Assembly: GCA_023244895.1 (NCBI GenBank)
Contig: JAHFLL010000001.1
Location: forward strand, 268,009 to 332,008
DNA: 64,000 nt
Reading direction: 5' to 3'
DNA from: Candidatus Liptonbacteria bacterium
Lineage (GTDB): Bacteria; Patescibacteriota; Minisyncoccia; UBA6257; 2-01-FULL-56-20
Of this stretch, positions 47,518 through 57,844 are shown piece by piece. The notes under the pieces were generated by a model, which saw only the letters and a list, made by a program, of their open reading frames with translations, ran no database searches and was not told the DNA's origin. The first letter of the stretch is position 1; the number at the start of each line of letters is the position of its first letter. Made by a program: the position numbers and the translations under genes.

Positions 47518-48748
47518 ACCTCAAGGCCTCAATCGGATCTTTTTTAGCAGCCTGTCTCGCGGGATAGATTCCGAAGATTAGCCCTATTGCGGAAGAAACT
47601 CCAATGCCCAGTATTACGGAAGATAGGGGCAGGAAGAAACCCCACTCCATACCATAAAAGTTAGTTAGAACGGTGGCGATTAAGAACGATAAGGCGCCTC
47701 CGAGGGCGATGCCTATTATGCCTCCTAGGCCGGTCAGTATGATCGCTTCCAGCAGGAACTGGCTCAAGATGTTGTTGTTGGTTGCCCCGAGCGCCTTGCG
47801 CAGGCCTATTTCATGGGTGCGCTCCGTAACCGAGACGAGCATTATATTCATAATGCCTATACCACCTACCACCAGAGATATGGCGGCTATCGCGGCCAGA
47901 AATACGGTCAGAGCGCTCATAATAGTGCTGACCATAGCCATCGCGTCCGCCTGAGTTTCTACGAAGAAGTCGTCCTTGTCCGGGTCGGTAATGTTGTGGT
48001 TGTTGCGCAGGGTGCGCTCAATATCGCTTACGGTCGCTTCAATGTTTGCCTCGCTGTCGGCCTCTACCACGAGGCGGTTGTAGTGCTTGATGCCAAAAAT
48101 ATATTGTTGCGCGGTAGTGTAGGGCACGAAGATGACCTTATCAAAATTTAAGAAGGAGACTTGGCCGGTTTTGGGCAGGATGCCAACCACTCTTAGATTT
48201 CTGCCCTTAATCTTTATTTTTTGACCCAGCGCGTCATCGTTGCCGAATAGCTCATCCTTAACTTCGGAACCTATAATCGCCACTTCACTATAACCGAGTA
48301 TTTCTTCTTCCGTGAAGACTCTGCCTTGGTTGGGATAGGTGTCGTATATGCGGAAGCCCATACTGGTTCCGCCGAAAATAGTTGGCACATATATTTCGTT
48401 ACCATAGGTCGCGGATTCACTGCCAAAAACGACCGGCATTATTTCTTGGGCATGGGGCACGTTGCCCTTGTTGAGCAGAGATTCCAAATCCCTCTTTTTG
48501 AGCGAGTCGGTAAAGGTGGAGAGCGAATCCGTCAGGCTGGTGGGGTGCTTGCCGGGCGAGACCCCGATAATTTTAGAGCCCACGCTTTGGATTTGCTCAA
48601 GAATGAGGTTTTGCGCTCCTTGGCCGAGCGACATAACCATAATAATGGAGGTTATACCTATCACTATGCCCAAAATAGTGAGCAGGGAACGGGACTTGTG
48701 CGTTTTAAGGCCGATTATGGCTGTTTTAAGAAGGTAACGACTGCGCAT
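47510..48748 (-). CDS. ABC transporter permease (MacB/FtsX-like)
   Basis: N-terminal TM, large periplasmic domain, C-terminal FtsX-like TM bundle. Confidence 0.75.
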   Translation of the reverse strand: MRSRYLLKTAIIGLKTHKSRSLLTILGIVIGITSIIMVMSLGQGAQNLILEQIQSVGSKIIGVSPGKHPTSLTDSLSTFTDSLKKRDLESLLNKGNVPHAQEIMPVVFGSESATYGNEIYVPTIFGGTSMGFRIYDTYPNQGRVFTEEEILGYSEVAIIGSEVKDELFGNDDALGQKIKIKGRNLRVVGILPKTGQVSFLNFDKVIFVPYTTAQQYIFGIKHYNRLVVEADSEANIEATVSDIERTLRNNHNITDPDKDDFFVETQADAMAMVSTIMSALTVFLAAIAAISLVVGGIGIMNIMLVSVTERTHEIGLRKALGATNNNILSQFLLEAIILTGLGGIIGIALGGALSFLIATVLTNFYGMEWGFFLPLSSVILGIGVSSAIGLIFGIYPARQAAKKDPIEALRYE

Positions 48749-49467
48749 TATTTTCTGAAAGATTCTTTGGCCAGATGCCTGGTCTTGACCTTTTCGTCGC
48801 TCTCAATGCGTCCGTCTCTGACCCGGATTATGCGTTCCGCGTGTTCGGCAGTGTAGGTTTCGTGCGTTATTAAAACTATGGTATGGCCCTGTTCCATATT
48901 TAAAGTTTGAAGAACCTCCATTACGGCCTGTCCCGATTTGGAGTCCAGGTTGCCGGTCGGTTCATCCGCGAAGATGACCCTGGGCGAATTTACCAGGGCG
49001 CGCGCGATTGCGGCGCGTTGCTTTTCTCCGCCGGAGAGCTGAGATGGCACGTGGGTCAGGCGATGCTCCAATCCAACCGAGCGAATCGCGCCCAAAGCCA
49101 TTTCCTCCCATTTTTTTTCCGGAAACTTTGAATAGAGTAGGGGAAGTTTAACGTTTTCCAACACTGAAGTTCGGGAAAGCAAATTAAAGGATTGAAAGAT
49201 AAAGCCCATTTCCTGGTTGCGCACGTGCGCCATGCTTTCCTGGTCATAGGAACAGATCTCTTTGCCGTTGAAATAGTATTTACCGCTGGTAGGACGGTCC
49301 AGAAAGCCCAAAATATGGAGTAGGGTAGATTTGCCCGAGCCGGACGGTCCCATTATCGCCACAAATTCACCTTCCTTTATGGAGAAGGTTATATCGTCCA
49401 ATGCCAGCGTCTCTACGTCTTCATTGGCGTAGGCCTTATGCAATTCGACGGTCTCTATAAGCTTCAT
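48748..49467 (-). CDS. ABC transporter ATP-binding protein (MacB/LolD-like)
   Basis: [42 protein letters not shown]. Confidence 0.85.
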   Translation of the reverse strand: MKLIETVELHKAYANEDVETLALDDITFSIKEGEFVAIMGPSGSGKSTLLHILGFLDRPTSGKYYFNGKEICSYDQESMAHVRNQEMGFIFQSFNLLSRTSVLENVKLPLLYSKFPEKKWEEMALGAIRSVGLEHRLTHVPSQLSGGEKQRAAIARALVNSPRVIFADEPTGNLDSKSGQAVMEVLQTLNMEQGHTIVLITHETYTAEHAERIIRVRDGRIESDEKVKTRHLAKESFRK

Positions 49468-49480
49468 GGGCTTATGCTCT

Positions 49481-51043
49481 TTATTCCGGCGAGCTTAAGA
49501 TTATTTCTCCTTCCGTGAGCCCGCTGACTATTTCCACGTTTCCGTCCGAACCACGCAGGCCGGTCACAACCTCTCGCTCCTGCCCGGTTATCTGTTCGGC
49601 AACGTAAATCATAACTATTTTTTTGCCATCCGAAGTTTTGACCGAGCGTTGGGGGATAGAAATGACCCCGCTCTTTTTCTGGGTCATGATGTCCAGATTG
49701 GCGGTCATGCCCGGCTTGGCCTGTTCGTATTTTTTGTCAAAGAGAACTTTTGTTTTATAAGTGGCCACCCCTTCGATAACGGTTTCGGATGGGTCAATGC
49801 TGGCCACCTTGCCGGCAAACTTAACGTCTTCTCCGTAAGCATCCAGAGTAATCACTGCCGTGTCTCCTATCTTTACCTTCGCAATGTCCACCTCCGGGAT
49901 GTTGGACTCTATCAGCAAACTGCCCGCGATTAGCGAGACTAGGTTTACGTTGGTCGCGACTATGGCTCCTTCTTTGGCGTCCTGCCTGGTAATCACTCCG
50001 GATTGGGGCGCCCGCAGAACAGTTTTGGCCAACTGGGCTTGTATTAGCTCCACGTTAGCCCTGGCCTGAGCGACTTGCGCCTCCTGCACTTTTATTTCTT
50101 CCGGATCGCTGCCGGATAGCATTTTGTTTAGCTCGTCGTTTGTTCTCACAACCACTAATTCTTGAGATGCAAGGGTGTCTATTCGGGTGTTTATCGCGGA
50201 GAGGGCGCTAGTCACATTGGTCCGAGCAGTATTGATGCTGGTTCTGTATTCGCTTATAGTGGCACCGCTTATCCCAGACGCATCTGCCACCGCTGAATTT
50301 ATAACAGCCAGAGCGCCGCGTATAACCTCCAAATGTTTTTGGGAGGTCACAAGAATCGGCTTGTCTTTCTCGGTTGCGGTACTGGTTTTATCAAATTGAT
50401 TTAGCTCTAGAAGCCAGGTGCGCAACTCCGCCCCCGCGGCATAGCGCTCTCTTTCCGCGTCATTCTTGACCTGAGAAGACAATGTTTGAAATGCCAGAGC
50501 AACATTTGAATCCTCATCATTGCTAAAGAGGGAGTCAATCTGCTTGCGCATGGCATCGTCAGCTTTAATATAAGCATCATGAATAACGTCGCTGATGCCA
50601 CGGTAGTAATTGGTCAGATCTTGCTCGGCTTTAGCCAGGTCGGTTTTTTTAGCCTGAACATCTTCTGCTCTGCTTCCGCGTTTTAACTCATCTAGCTTCG
50701 CGACTTGCGCGTCCACGCTGGCCTCCGCCTGACTAAGCTGAGCTTGAAGTTCAGAGGTGTCAAGCGTCACTAAGGCTTGTCCCGCACCAACCCTGTCTCC
50801 GACTTTAACGTATGTATTCCTTACCCTACCGCCCCGCTCAAAGGAGAGATCGATATCTTGATTAGGAGTAACTTTACCGGTTACGGAAACTTCTTGAACT
50901 ATATCGCCCCGCTCAATCTTAATGGTCGCGGGACCACTTTTCGGTTTACCCCCAAAAGAGAACCAGGCAACAGCAATTATGACTAGTACTAAAAGGATAT
51001 AGGACTTCTTTCTGTTTTTTAGATGATCAATTATGTTTTTCAT
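49481..51043 (-). CDS. HlyD/MacA-family periplasmic adaptor subunit
   Basis: N-terminal TM, long coiled coil, beta-barrel/lipoyl-like segments. Adjacent to the ABC pair. Confidence 0.7.
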   Translation of the reverse strand: MKNIIDHLKNRKKSYILLVLVIIAVAWFSFGGKPKSGPATIKIERGDIVQEVSVTGKVTPNQDIDLSFERGGRVRNTYVKVGDRVGAGQALVTLDTSELQAQLSQAEASVDAQVAKLDELKRGSRAEDVQAKKTDLAKAEQDLTNYYRGISDVIHDAYIKADDAMRKQIDSLFSNDEDSNVALAFQTLSSQVKNDAERERYAAGAELRTWLLELNQFDKTSTATEKDKPILVTSQKHLEVIRGALAVINSAVADASGISGATISEYRTSINTARTNVTSALSAINTRIDTLASQELVVVRTNDELNKMLSGSDPEEIKVQEAQVAQARANVELIQAQLAKTVLRAPQSGVITRQDAKEGAIVATNVNLVSLIAGSLLIESNIPEVDIAKVKIGDTAVITLDAYGEDVKFAGKVASIDPSETVIEGVATYKTKVLFDKKYEQAKPGMTANLDIMTQKKSGVISIPQRSVKTSDGKKIVMIYVAEQITGQEREVVTGLRGSDGNVEIVSGLTEGEIILSSPE

Positions 51044-51165
51044 GTGTTTTTATACCCGGACATTATATCTCAAAGTTAACCAATATGGAACCTGGGGCTC
51101 CGGAACGCATAACATGAAACACGGAACACGGGGACTCGCTTGTTTCGTGTTAGGTGATGCGTGTT

Positions 51166-52545
51166 TTATGTCTGGCGGTAGTCCTCAATTATCTTAAGCA
51201 ATAATCGGATGGGGGAACCGGTTGCGCCCTTGGCTAGCTCATCCGTGTCGGAGGGAGTCATGGTGGGCGCCATGTCTATGTGTAACCAGGGATAGTTCTT
51301 GGCGTATTGATATAGAAACATGCCCGCGTTAATCGCATCTCCACATTTTTCTTTCCTACCCGCGTTTAGGATATCCCCGAAATCACCCTTAATGTATTCG
51401 TAGTATTCATCCCAAAGTGGCAGGGGCCAGACATAATCTCCGCTTTCTTCGCCCCATTTGCGAGTGTTTTTTTCTAAGGATTCGTTTCGGGTCATAATCG
51501 CGGAGGCCTTTTCTCCTAGGGCGACGATTGATGCACCAGTTAAGGTTGCCACGTCCACCACCAGCTGAGGATGGAATCTTTCCGCGTATGCCAATGCGTC
51601 CGCTAAAACCAAGCGCCCTTCCGCGTCGGTGTTTTTTATCTCTATAGTCGGTCCGGAAAGAGGACGAATTACATCGCTGGGATGAAAGCTGGAACCAGAA
51701 ACGGCATTTTCCGCGGCTGGAATTATTCCGACAATGTGGCGCTTAACTTTCAATTTCGCGGCCAAAATGCATGCGTGGATAACTGCCGCGCCGCCCGCCA
51801 TATCAAGGTGCATATCTCCCAGCCCCTCCCCGGGTTTTATATTTATGCCACCGGTGTCAAAAGTTATGCCCTTGCCTACCAAAACGATTGGCTCTTCCTT
51901 GCGTCCGGCGTATTCCATAATAATAAACTTCGGTTCTGCAACCGCGCCCTGTCCTACTGCCAAAACCGCCCGCAGGCCGGCGCCCTCCATCTCTTTTTTG
52001 TTCAAGACGGTAACTTTGATGGGCAAGCCTTTGCTGGCTGTTCTCGCGCTATCTGCCAGAACGGCGGGAGTCATGTCCGCTCCCGGCGTATTAGATAGAA
52101 CCCGTGCGGAATTTATTTCCCGACCAATCATCTGTCCTCGCTCTATGGCTCTGCGGAGGGAGACCGGAGTTTTATGAATCAAGGCTATTTCTTCCAGAAA
52201 CGGCCAGCCCGCCTTGGGGGTGGTTTTATATGCTACGGATTCAAAGTCGGCCAATTCAAAATTTTGAACCAATATGTCCGCGAGTTCTTGAGGTGTTAGG
52301 CGTAATTTTGGGAAACGGAACTCATCCAGAAATATGGCGATTTTTTTAAGGTTGTTCGCCTTGGTCTGGCGGACTACTTTGCGAGCCAAGATTATCAGCT
52401 TGCGGCGATTAAGATTTTTAATATCTTCCACTCCTACTATCAACTTTTCCGCCCCCGGAGAGCTTTCCCTATAGCTGGCAATGCCTTCTTTTAGGGAGAC
52501 CTGCGTGAATCCGGCTGGAATACGCGAAATTACGCTTATTTTCAT
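51166..52545 (-). CDS. pepA: Leucyl aminopeptidase (M17)
   Basis: NTDAEGRLVLADAL motif. Confidence 0.85.
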   Translation of the reverse strand: MKISVISRIPAGFTQVSLKEGIASYRESSPGAEKLIVGVEDIKNLNRRKLIILARKVVRQTKANNLKKIAIFLDEFRFPKLRLTPQELADILVQNFELADFESVAYKTTPKAGWPFLEEIALIHKTPVSLRRAIERGQMIGREINSARVLSNTPGADMTPAVLADSARTASKGLPIKVTVLNKKEMEGAGLRAVLAVGQGAVAEPKFIIMEYAGRKEEPIVLVGKGITFDTGGINIKPGEGLGDMHLDMAGGAAVIHACILAAKLKVKRHIVGIIPAAENAVSGSSFHPSDVIRPLSGPTIEIKNTDAEGRLVLADALAYAERFHPQLVVDVATLTGASIVALGEKASAIMTRNESLEKNTRKWGEESGDYVWPLPLWDEYYEYIKGDFGDILNAGRKEKCGDAINAGMFLYQYAKNYPWLHIDMAPTMTPSDTDELAKGATGSPIRLLLKIIEDYRQT

Positions 52546-52605
52546 AGCTTCAACATAGCCAAATTGAGGGGGTTGGTCAAACGTCTATCTTGTGCAAAAA
52601 ACCTA

Positions 52606-53907
52606 TTATCGCCCAAGGGCAAAGAACATAGCGATGGCCGCCGCGCCCATGATTACAAATCCGCCCCAAACAAACAAGCTGGAGAGAAGGCCGCTTTTAT
52701 GTTCGCCCATTACTTTCTCGCTCCTTGCGATTTTTGCGATAAGAAAAATAAGCGGTACCGCGGCGACGCCGTTAAAAACCGCGGCGAACACGAGCGCTCG
52801 CATCGGGTCTATTCCCAAGAAGTTGATAGCCAGACCGATTATAGTGGCGATTGTTATTACTCCGTAGAATCCGTGCGCGCGCTTAAATTTTAGATTCAGG
52901 CCCTCCTTCCAATTGAGTGTTTCCGAAACAGCGTAAGACGCTGAAGCGGAAAGAACCGGTACGGCCAATAGTCCCAGGCCGATAATTCCGATTGCGAATA
53001 TGAGCTTTGCCAAAAAGCCGGCGAAGGGGAAGGTGTGCACCAGCGGTTCCAGCGCCCGAGCCGCGTCCGCGGCAGTAGTAATATTTGTTACCCCGTTAGA
53101 ATTTAAGACCGTAGCCGCAACGACGATAATGCTCCAAGTCGCGATTTCGGAAGAGAGCATTCCGATAAAATTATCCATTCTGAGGCGCTGCAAAAAGGAT
53201 TTAGTAATATGCGGTCCGTCTTTTCTCATAAGCCCCAGCCTTCTTTCTTCTTCGTTTTCTTCAGACGCTTCCCAGAAAAACATATAAGGAGAGATGGTGG
53301 TTCCGAAGACGCCGGTAATGATAAACAGAAAAGCAAAACTTAGTTCCACGTGCGGGACGAACGTAGCTTTGAGCAGTTCCATCCACGGCTCTTTCACTAA
53401 AAACAAGGTGATGGGATAAGCCAGAAGAGAGAGGGCGAGCCACTTTAGAATTTTGGAGTAAGTCTTGTAGGAGGTAAAAATTTCCAAGACCAAGATGACA
53501 ACCGTGAAAAAGAGCGTAAGAACAGCGAAGTTTATCGGTAAAACGAGATGTGCCGCCGCACCCATAGCTCCCAAGTCCGCTCCGATGTTGATAGTATTGG
53601 CTACTAAAACCAAGATGAGGGTCGCATAAAGAATCTTTTTGTTGTAGTGCTCTTTAATAGCTGCCGCCAAGCCCTTGCCGGTCACCGCGCCTATCCTGGC
53701 GCAGGCTTCCTGAATCGCGGTCATAAAGGGCAACAACAATAAAGCCGTCCAGAGTTGGCCATAGCCGAACTGGGCGCCGGTCTGGGAATAAGTGGCGATT
53801 CCGGAGGGGTCGTCGTCCGCCGCTCCGGTTACTATGCCCGGTCCCAGAGCGCGAAAAAACGACGCTACTTTTTTAAAAGGATGCAGCGCGCGTGTTTTCC
53901 AGGTCAT
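52606..53907 (-). CDS. mntH: NRAMP-family divalent metal transporter (MntH-like)
   Basis: GPGIVTGAADDDPSGI, GAQFGYGQLW...IGAVTGKGLA. Confidence 0.75.
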   Translation of the reverse strand: MTWKTRALHPFKKVASFFRALGPGIVTGAADDDPSGIATYSQTGAQFGYGQLWTALLLLPFMTAIQEACARIGAVTGKGLAAAIKEHYNKKILYATLILVLVANTINIGADLGAMGAAAHLVLPINFAVLTLFFTVVILVLEIFTSYKTYSKILKWLALSLLAYPITLFLVKEPWMELLKATFVPHVELSFAFLFIITGVFGTTISPYMFFWEASEENEEERRLGLMRKDGPHITKSFLQRLRMDNFIGMLSSEIATWSIIVVAATVLNSNGVTNITTAADAARALEPLVHTFPFAGFLAKLIFAIGIIGLGLLAVPVLSASASYAVSETLNWKEGLNLKFKRAHGFYGVITIATIIGLAINFLGIDPMRALVFAAVFNGVAAVPLIFLIAKIARSEKVMGEHKSGLLSSLFVWGGFVIMGAAAIAMFFALGR

Positions 53908-53911
53908 ATGT

Positions 53912-54649
53912 TTATTGCATCACGAAAGAAGCGCGTACTACCGAGGTTATCTGCTTCTCTATGGACGAGGTGTCGTATGAGCCATAGTCGGAAACGTCTG
54001 TGGAATTAACCTGGGTTATTTGGAACACGCCCTGGCTGGCGGATTTTATCTTACCAACCTTACTGCCGGAACTTTCCGCGATCTTGCTGGCGCGTACCTG
54101 GGCATCTTCCGTTGCCTTAGAAAGCATTTCCAGCTTAATATCCGCCAGTTTGCTGTAATAGTATTCCAGCGGGCGGGAAGCGAAAGTCACGCCCTGGTCT
54201 ATTAGTTCTCCGCTCTTTTGGGCTATGCGAGTTATCTTCTCCACATCACTCAGTTGAACCTGAATATTTTGGGTAAGATTATAACCGGTTATCTCGCCCG
54301 ACTTCCCGCCGTAGTTACTGCCGTAGTTGTAGTTAGTCTGCACATCTATCACGCCTACGGTAATATCTTTTTCTTCCACCCCGTTAGCTTTTAAAAACGC
54401 CATTACTTTTTCCAGGTCGCCCTTCATCAAGCGGTAAGAGTCGGATAATTTACTCGTGTCCGCCTGGCGGGAGATATAGCTGTTCCACTTTCCAACGTCG
54501 GAAGTAATAATTTTTTGAGAATAACCGGACACGGATATGACATTATCAAGCGAGCGCACCTGGTAGATGGCGTAGGCGACTATTATAGAAACTATCACCA
54601 AACACCCCCCGATTATTAGCCCGAAAACAGACAAACCTTTATTAGTCAT
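53912..54649 (-). CDS. SIMPL-domain (DUF541) protein, membrane-anchored
   Basis: N-terminal TM. C-terminal GVFQITQVNST is SIMPL-like. Confidence 0.6.
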   Translation of the reverse strand: MTNKGLSVFGLIIGGCLVIVSIIVAYAIYQVRSLDNVISVSGYSQKIITSDVGKWNSYISRQADTSKLSDSYRLMKGDLEKVMAFLKANGVEEKDITVGVIDVQTNYNYGSNYGGKSGEITGYNLTQNIQVQLSDVEKITRIAQKSGELIDQGVTFASRPLEYYYSKLADIKLEMLSKATEDAQVRASKIAESSGSKVGKIKSASQGVFQITQVNSTDVSDYGSYDTSSIEKQITSVVRASFVMQ

Positions 54650-54747
54650 GGTCTATATGAATTAATCTAACGACTTGTCTATTATAGCAAAAACAAGGAG
54701 AACTCTGCTATTGTGTCGCGCTACGGGGTTGGTGCTATAATTTAGCT

Positions 54748-55029
54748 ATGAATAAAAAAATAATTTTAGCCGTAGTCGCGGTTTTGGTTCTCTTGGGGGT
54801 TTGGTGGTGGTACAAGTCGAAACCGGGCGCAAGCTCGGACGAAAATAGCGCCATGGGTCCCGGCGGAGAGGGAGCGGCAATTCCAGTGGCAGATCAGTCT
54901 TTAGGTGCTTCAATCTATTCTCAGGTAGGAGCAACCGGCAACCCGGCCGAGAAGATGCCGGACACGAATCCTCTGGGCGACAAGTCCAATCCAATCAAGG
55001 GCGCGTACAACAATCCTTTTGGAGAATAA
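54748..55029 (+). CDS. Small secreted/membrane-anchored protein
   Basis: N-terminal TM anchor. A -10 TGCTATAAT with extended TG lies 10 nt upstream. Confidence 0.4.
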   Translation: MNKKIILAVVAVLVLLGVWWWYKSKPGASSDENSAMGPGGEGAAIPVADQSLGASIYSQVGATGNPAEKMPDTNPLGDKSNPIKGAYNNPFGE

Positions 55030-56869
55030 TATGAAAAAAATAATTAGTCTTACTCCGGTCTTGGTGCTGTCTTTAGGGTTAATGATCAGCTCCGCGATAG
55101 TCGCTTTTGCGCAGGTTTCTGTGACCGCGACTCCGGCAGGAGTAACAGTGGGGGCAGCTCCGGCGGGGGTAATTTTCCCGATAGCGGAACTTGGTAATTG
55201 TAAAAATCAGGGTGACTGCAAGTCTTATTGTAATAAGAAAGAAAATATTCAGGCCTGCGTCGGTTATGCCGAGAAAAACGGCATGATGTCCGCGCAAGAT
55301 GCCGCCCAGGCGCGCGAGTTCGCGGACGCGTTAGCAGGGGAAGCACCGGGTGGGTGTCAAGATAAAAAGACCTGCGAAAAGTATTGCGCGGATATTTCTC
55401 ATTTGGATGAGTGCGTGGCTTTCGCGGAAAAGCATAATTTTGTGGACAAGGGCGACTTGGCGGTAGCTAAAAATATCGCCAAAGCGTTAAAGAGCGGCAA
55501 GAAGCTGCCAGGCGGATGCAGCAGCCAGGCTTCTTGTAACAACTACTGCGAGAATACCGAGCACGCGGAAGAGTGTATCTCTTTCGCGGAGGGAACGGGA
55601 ATTCTCTCAGACGCGGATTTAGCAGAAGCTAAGAAGGTTCTGCCTCTCATAAAGGCGGGCAAGGCGCCGGGCGGGTGTAAAACTAAGACGGAATGTAAGG
55701 CCTACTGCGAAGCGGATGGTCATTTTGAGGAGTGTATCTCTTTCGCGGAGGAGGCTGGCTTTGTGGATAAAGAGGAAGCTGTGATGGCTCGTAAAACCGG
55801 AGGTAAGGGACCGGGTGGGTGCAAGTCTAAGGCTGCTTGCGAGGACTACTGCAATAAATCGGAAAATGCCGCCACCTGTTTTAATTTCGCCAAAGAGAAA
55901 GGACTTCTTTCCGAGAAAGAGGTAAAAGAAATAGAAGATGGTATGGGTCGTTTGCGCTCGGGATTAAGCCAGATGCCGCCCGAGATGGTGGATTGCTTGA
56001 AAGAAGGTTTGGGCGCGGATTCGGTTTCTAAAATTGAAGCCGGGACGTTAATTCCGGGTCCGAAAGTTGGCGAAATGGTTAAGGCTTGCGTTAGTAAATC
56101 TCTGCCCAAATTAAAAGAGAAGATGAATTCTGCCATGAAGATGGCGACGCCGGAAGTAAAGGCGTGTTTGGAGCAGGGCGGAATTAATGAGGCGGAGTTA
56201 GAAAAAATACAGAACGGCGAGGCGCCTAGCCCGAGCCTAGGAGACGTGATGAAGAAATGTTTCAACGTCTTGAAGAAAGAGGGGCTAGATAAAGCTCGGG
56301 CGGGTCTGGCTAAAATGCCGCCCCAGATGCGCCAGTGCGTGGAAGATAAACTGGGTGCGGATGTTTTACGTAAGATAGCGAATGGCGAAGATGTGGAGGC
56401 TGGCGCGGAAATGGGGGAGGCGTTTGAGTCTTGCGTGCAAAATGCGGCTGGAGCCGCCGGGGAACAGTTCAAGAACGCACAAATTCCAGCCGGGGCTAAA
56501 AAGTGCATTGAAGATAAGCTGGGCATGGATGTTCAGAGCGCGGTAAATGCCGGAAAGATAAGCGGACCGGAAGAGGTTCAAAAATTGATAATGGAGTGTA
56601 TGAAGGGGGCTATCCCGGGCGGAGCACCTAGTGGTGCGGGTGGTCCTCCGGATGGTACCCGAATGGGTCCTCCAGCAGGGACAGATATGGGTCCACCGCC
56701 CGGCATGGGTATGGGTGGTCCGGTTCCAGCTCCGGGAGGTCCTGGTGCGGGTGGTCCGCCTGCGGGAGGTGGCGGTCCGGACTGCTCTCAGTTTGCATCC
56801 GCTCCATCTTGCGACTATGTCCCAGCCGGTCAGCCCCAGGAGATGTGCAAGAAGTGCAGGGGACAATAA
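55019..56869 (+). CDS. Secreted modular Cys-rich repeat protein with Gly/Pro-rich C-terminal tail
   Basis: Signal peptide. Six ~45-aa modules (PGGC..K..C..YC......EC..FAE..G). Three or four second-type modules (MPP.M..C.E..LGAD). Poly-G/P tail ending in C-rich CSQFASAPSCD...CKKCRGQ. Confidence 0.5.
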   Translation: MENNMKKIISLTPVLVLSLGLMISSAIVAFAQVSVTATPAGVTVGAAPAGVIFPIAELGNCKNQGDCKSYCNKKENIQACVGYAEKNGMMSAQDAAQAREFADALAGEAPGGCQDKKTCEKYCADISHLDECVAFAEKHNFVDKGDLAVAKNIAKALKSGKKLPGGCSSQASCNNYCENTEHAEECISFAEGTGILSDADLAEAKKVLPLIKAGKAPGGCKTKTECKAYCEADGHFEECISFAEEAGFVDKEEAVMARKTGGKGPGGCKSKAACEDYCNKSENAATCFNFAKEKGLLSEKEVKEIEDGMGRLRSGLSQMPPEMVDCLKEGLGADSVSKIEAGTLIPGPKVGEMVKACVSKSLPKLKEKMNSAMKMATPEVKACLEQGGINEAELEKIQNGEAPSPSLGDVMKKCFNVLKKEGLDKARAGLAKMPPQMRQCVEDKLGADVLRKIANGEDVEAGAEMGEAFESCVQNAAGAAGEQFKNAQIPAGAKKCIEDKLGMDVQSAVNAGKISGPEEVQKLIMECMKGAIPGGAPSGAGGPPDGTRMGPPAGTDMGPPPGMGMGGPVPAPGGPGAGGPPAGGGGPDCSQFASAPSCDYVPAGQPQEMCKKCRGQ

Positions 56870-56957
56870 CTAGTAACCAGTAGTTAGTAGATAGAAGTTA
56901 GAAGTTAGAAGATAGAATGTAGAAGTTGGAATAAAGAGAGGGGACGGGAATGAGTAA

Positions 56958-56990
56958 TGGCCGAGCGCGATGTTTTGCGCTCGGCCATTG
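56958..56990. terminator. Bidirectional hairpin terminator
   Basis: GGCCGAGCGC-GATGTTTT-GCGCTCGGCC. Confidence 0.5.
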
Positions 56991-57012
56991 CCGTTCTCTT
57001 GCCGTCTTCCGT

Positions 57013-57516
57013 TTACCGCTGCTCGGCTGCGACAGGCGGCCAAGCGGGCGGGACGACCGGACGGACGGGCCGACCGGCTTCTTCCGCCAGGTAGTCCTTG
57101 AAGCTGATTCGACCGTCCTGAGCGGACGAGCGTCGCAGAGCAAAGTCGTACTCGCGCGCCCAGTCTACGACGGCGAAGAACTTGGCGGTGGCAGCCTTGA
57201 ATCTGGATTCGTAGGACCTGAGGTTGTCCTCCAGGGACTGGGTGTCCCAGATTTCCGACTCTGCCGCCGCGCGAAGCCGCTTCTGGAGGAGGCCGATGCC
57301 CTTACTCCAGGCCTCACACTCGCGTGCGAGCTTGACGAGTCTCGCGTCCATGTCCTCGTCCGAGAGGAGTTGGTGCACCACCGCCATGGTCTTCTTGATG
57401 AACCGACTACGCACCGCGCTGGCCGCAATGGACCAGGTTATGGCGCCGGTCAAGATGGAGAAAAAGACAAGGAGCGCCAGCTGAACCTCACGCGTGATGT
57501 CCATATCCAAGCTCAT
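57013..57516 (-). CDS. 167-aa membrane-anchored coiled-coil protein, GC-rich island G
   Basis: N-terminal TM, then charged helical region. SD CGGGGGT 5 nt upstream. About 62% GC. Confidence 0.4.
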   Translation of the reverse strand: MSLDMDITREVQLALLVFFSILTGAITWSIAASAVRSRFIKKTMAVVHQLLSDEDMDARLVKLARECEAWSKGIGLLQKRLRAAAESEIWDTQSLEDNLRSYESRFKAATAKFFAVVDWAREYDFALRRSSAQDGRISFKDYLAEEAGRPVRPVVPPAWPPVAAEQR

Positions 57517-57714
57517 ATGTACCCCCGAGACACTCTTTGCTTGATTGCCATCCGGAGATTTGCTCCAGAGAGGGACGATTTGCGCCCCTAAAGAGTCTGG
57601 CCAAAGAATATATGTTTATTGAAAAATGTCAATGGTAACTGAGTCAATAAAGACAGCAAGCAGATTATTAATAATTGATTATTAATTACTGTTATAATAA
57701 GATGGTTCCGCGAT

Positions 57715-57787
57715 TGGGAGATCGTCTAATGGTAGGACAGCGGCCTTTGAAGCCGTGAATCTAGGTTCGATTCCTAGCCTCCCAGCA
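57715..57787 (+). tRNA. tRNA-Gln (anticodon TTG)
   Basis: Acceptor TGGGAGA/CCTCCCA with one A-C mismatch. 3-bp D stem. Anticodon loop CTTTGAA. T-arm CTAGGTTCGATTCCTAG. Confidence 0.75.
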
Positions 57788-57844
57788 TTCGTCCAGTATA
57801 GACGCTTGTTTCTCGGCATTCTTAGATTATGTATAATGTTTTAA

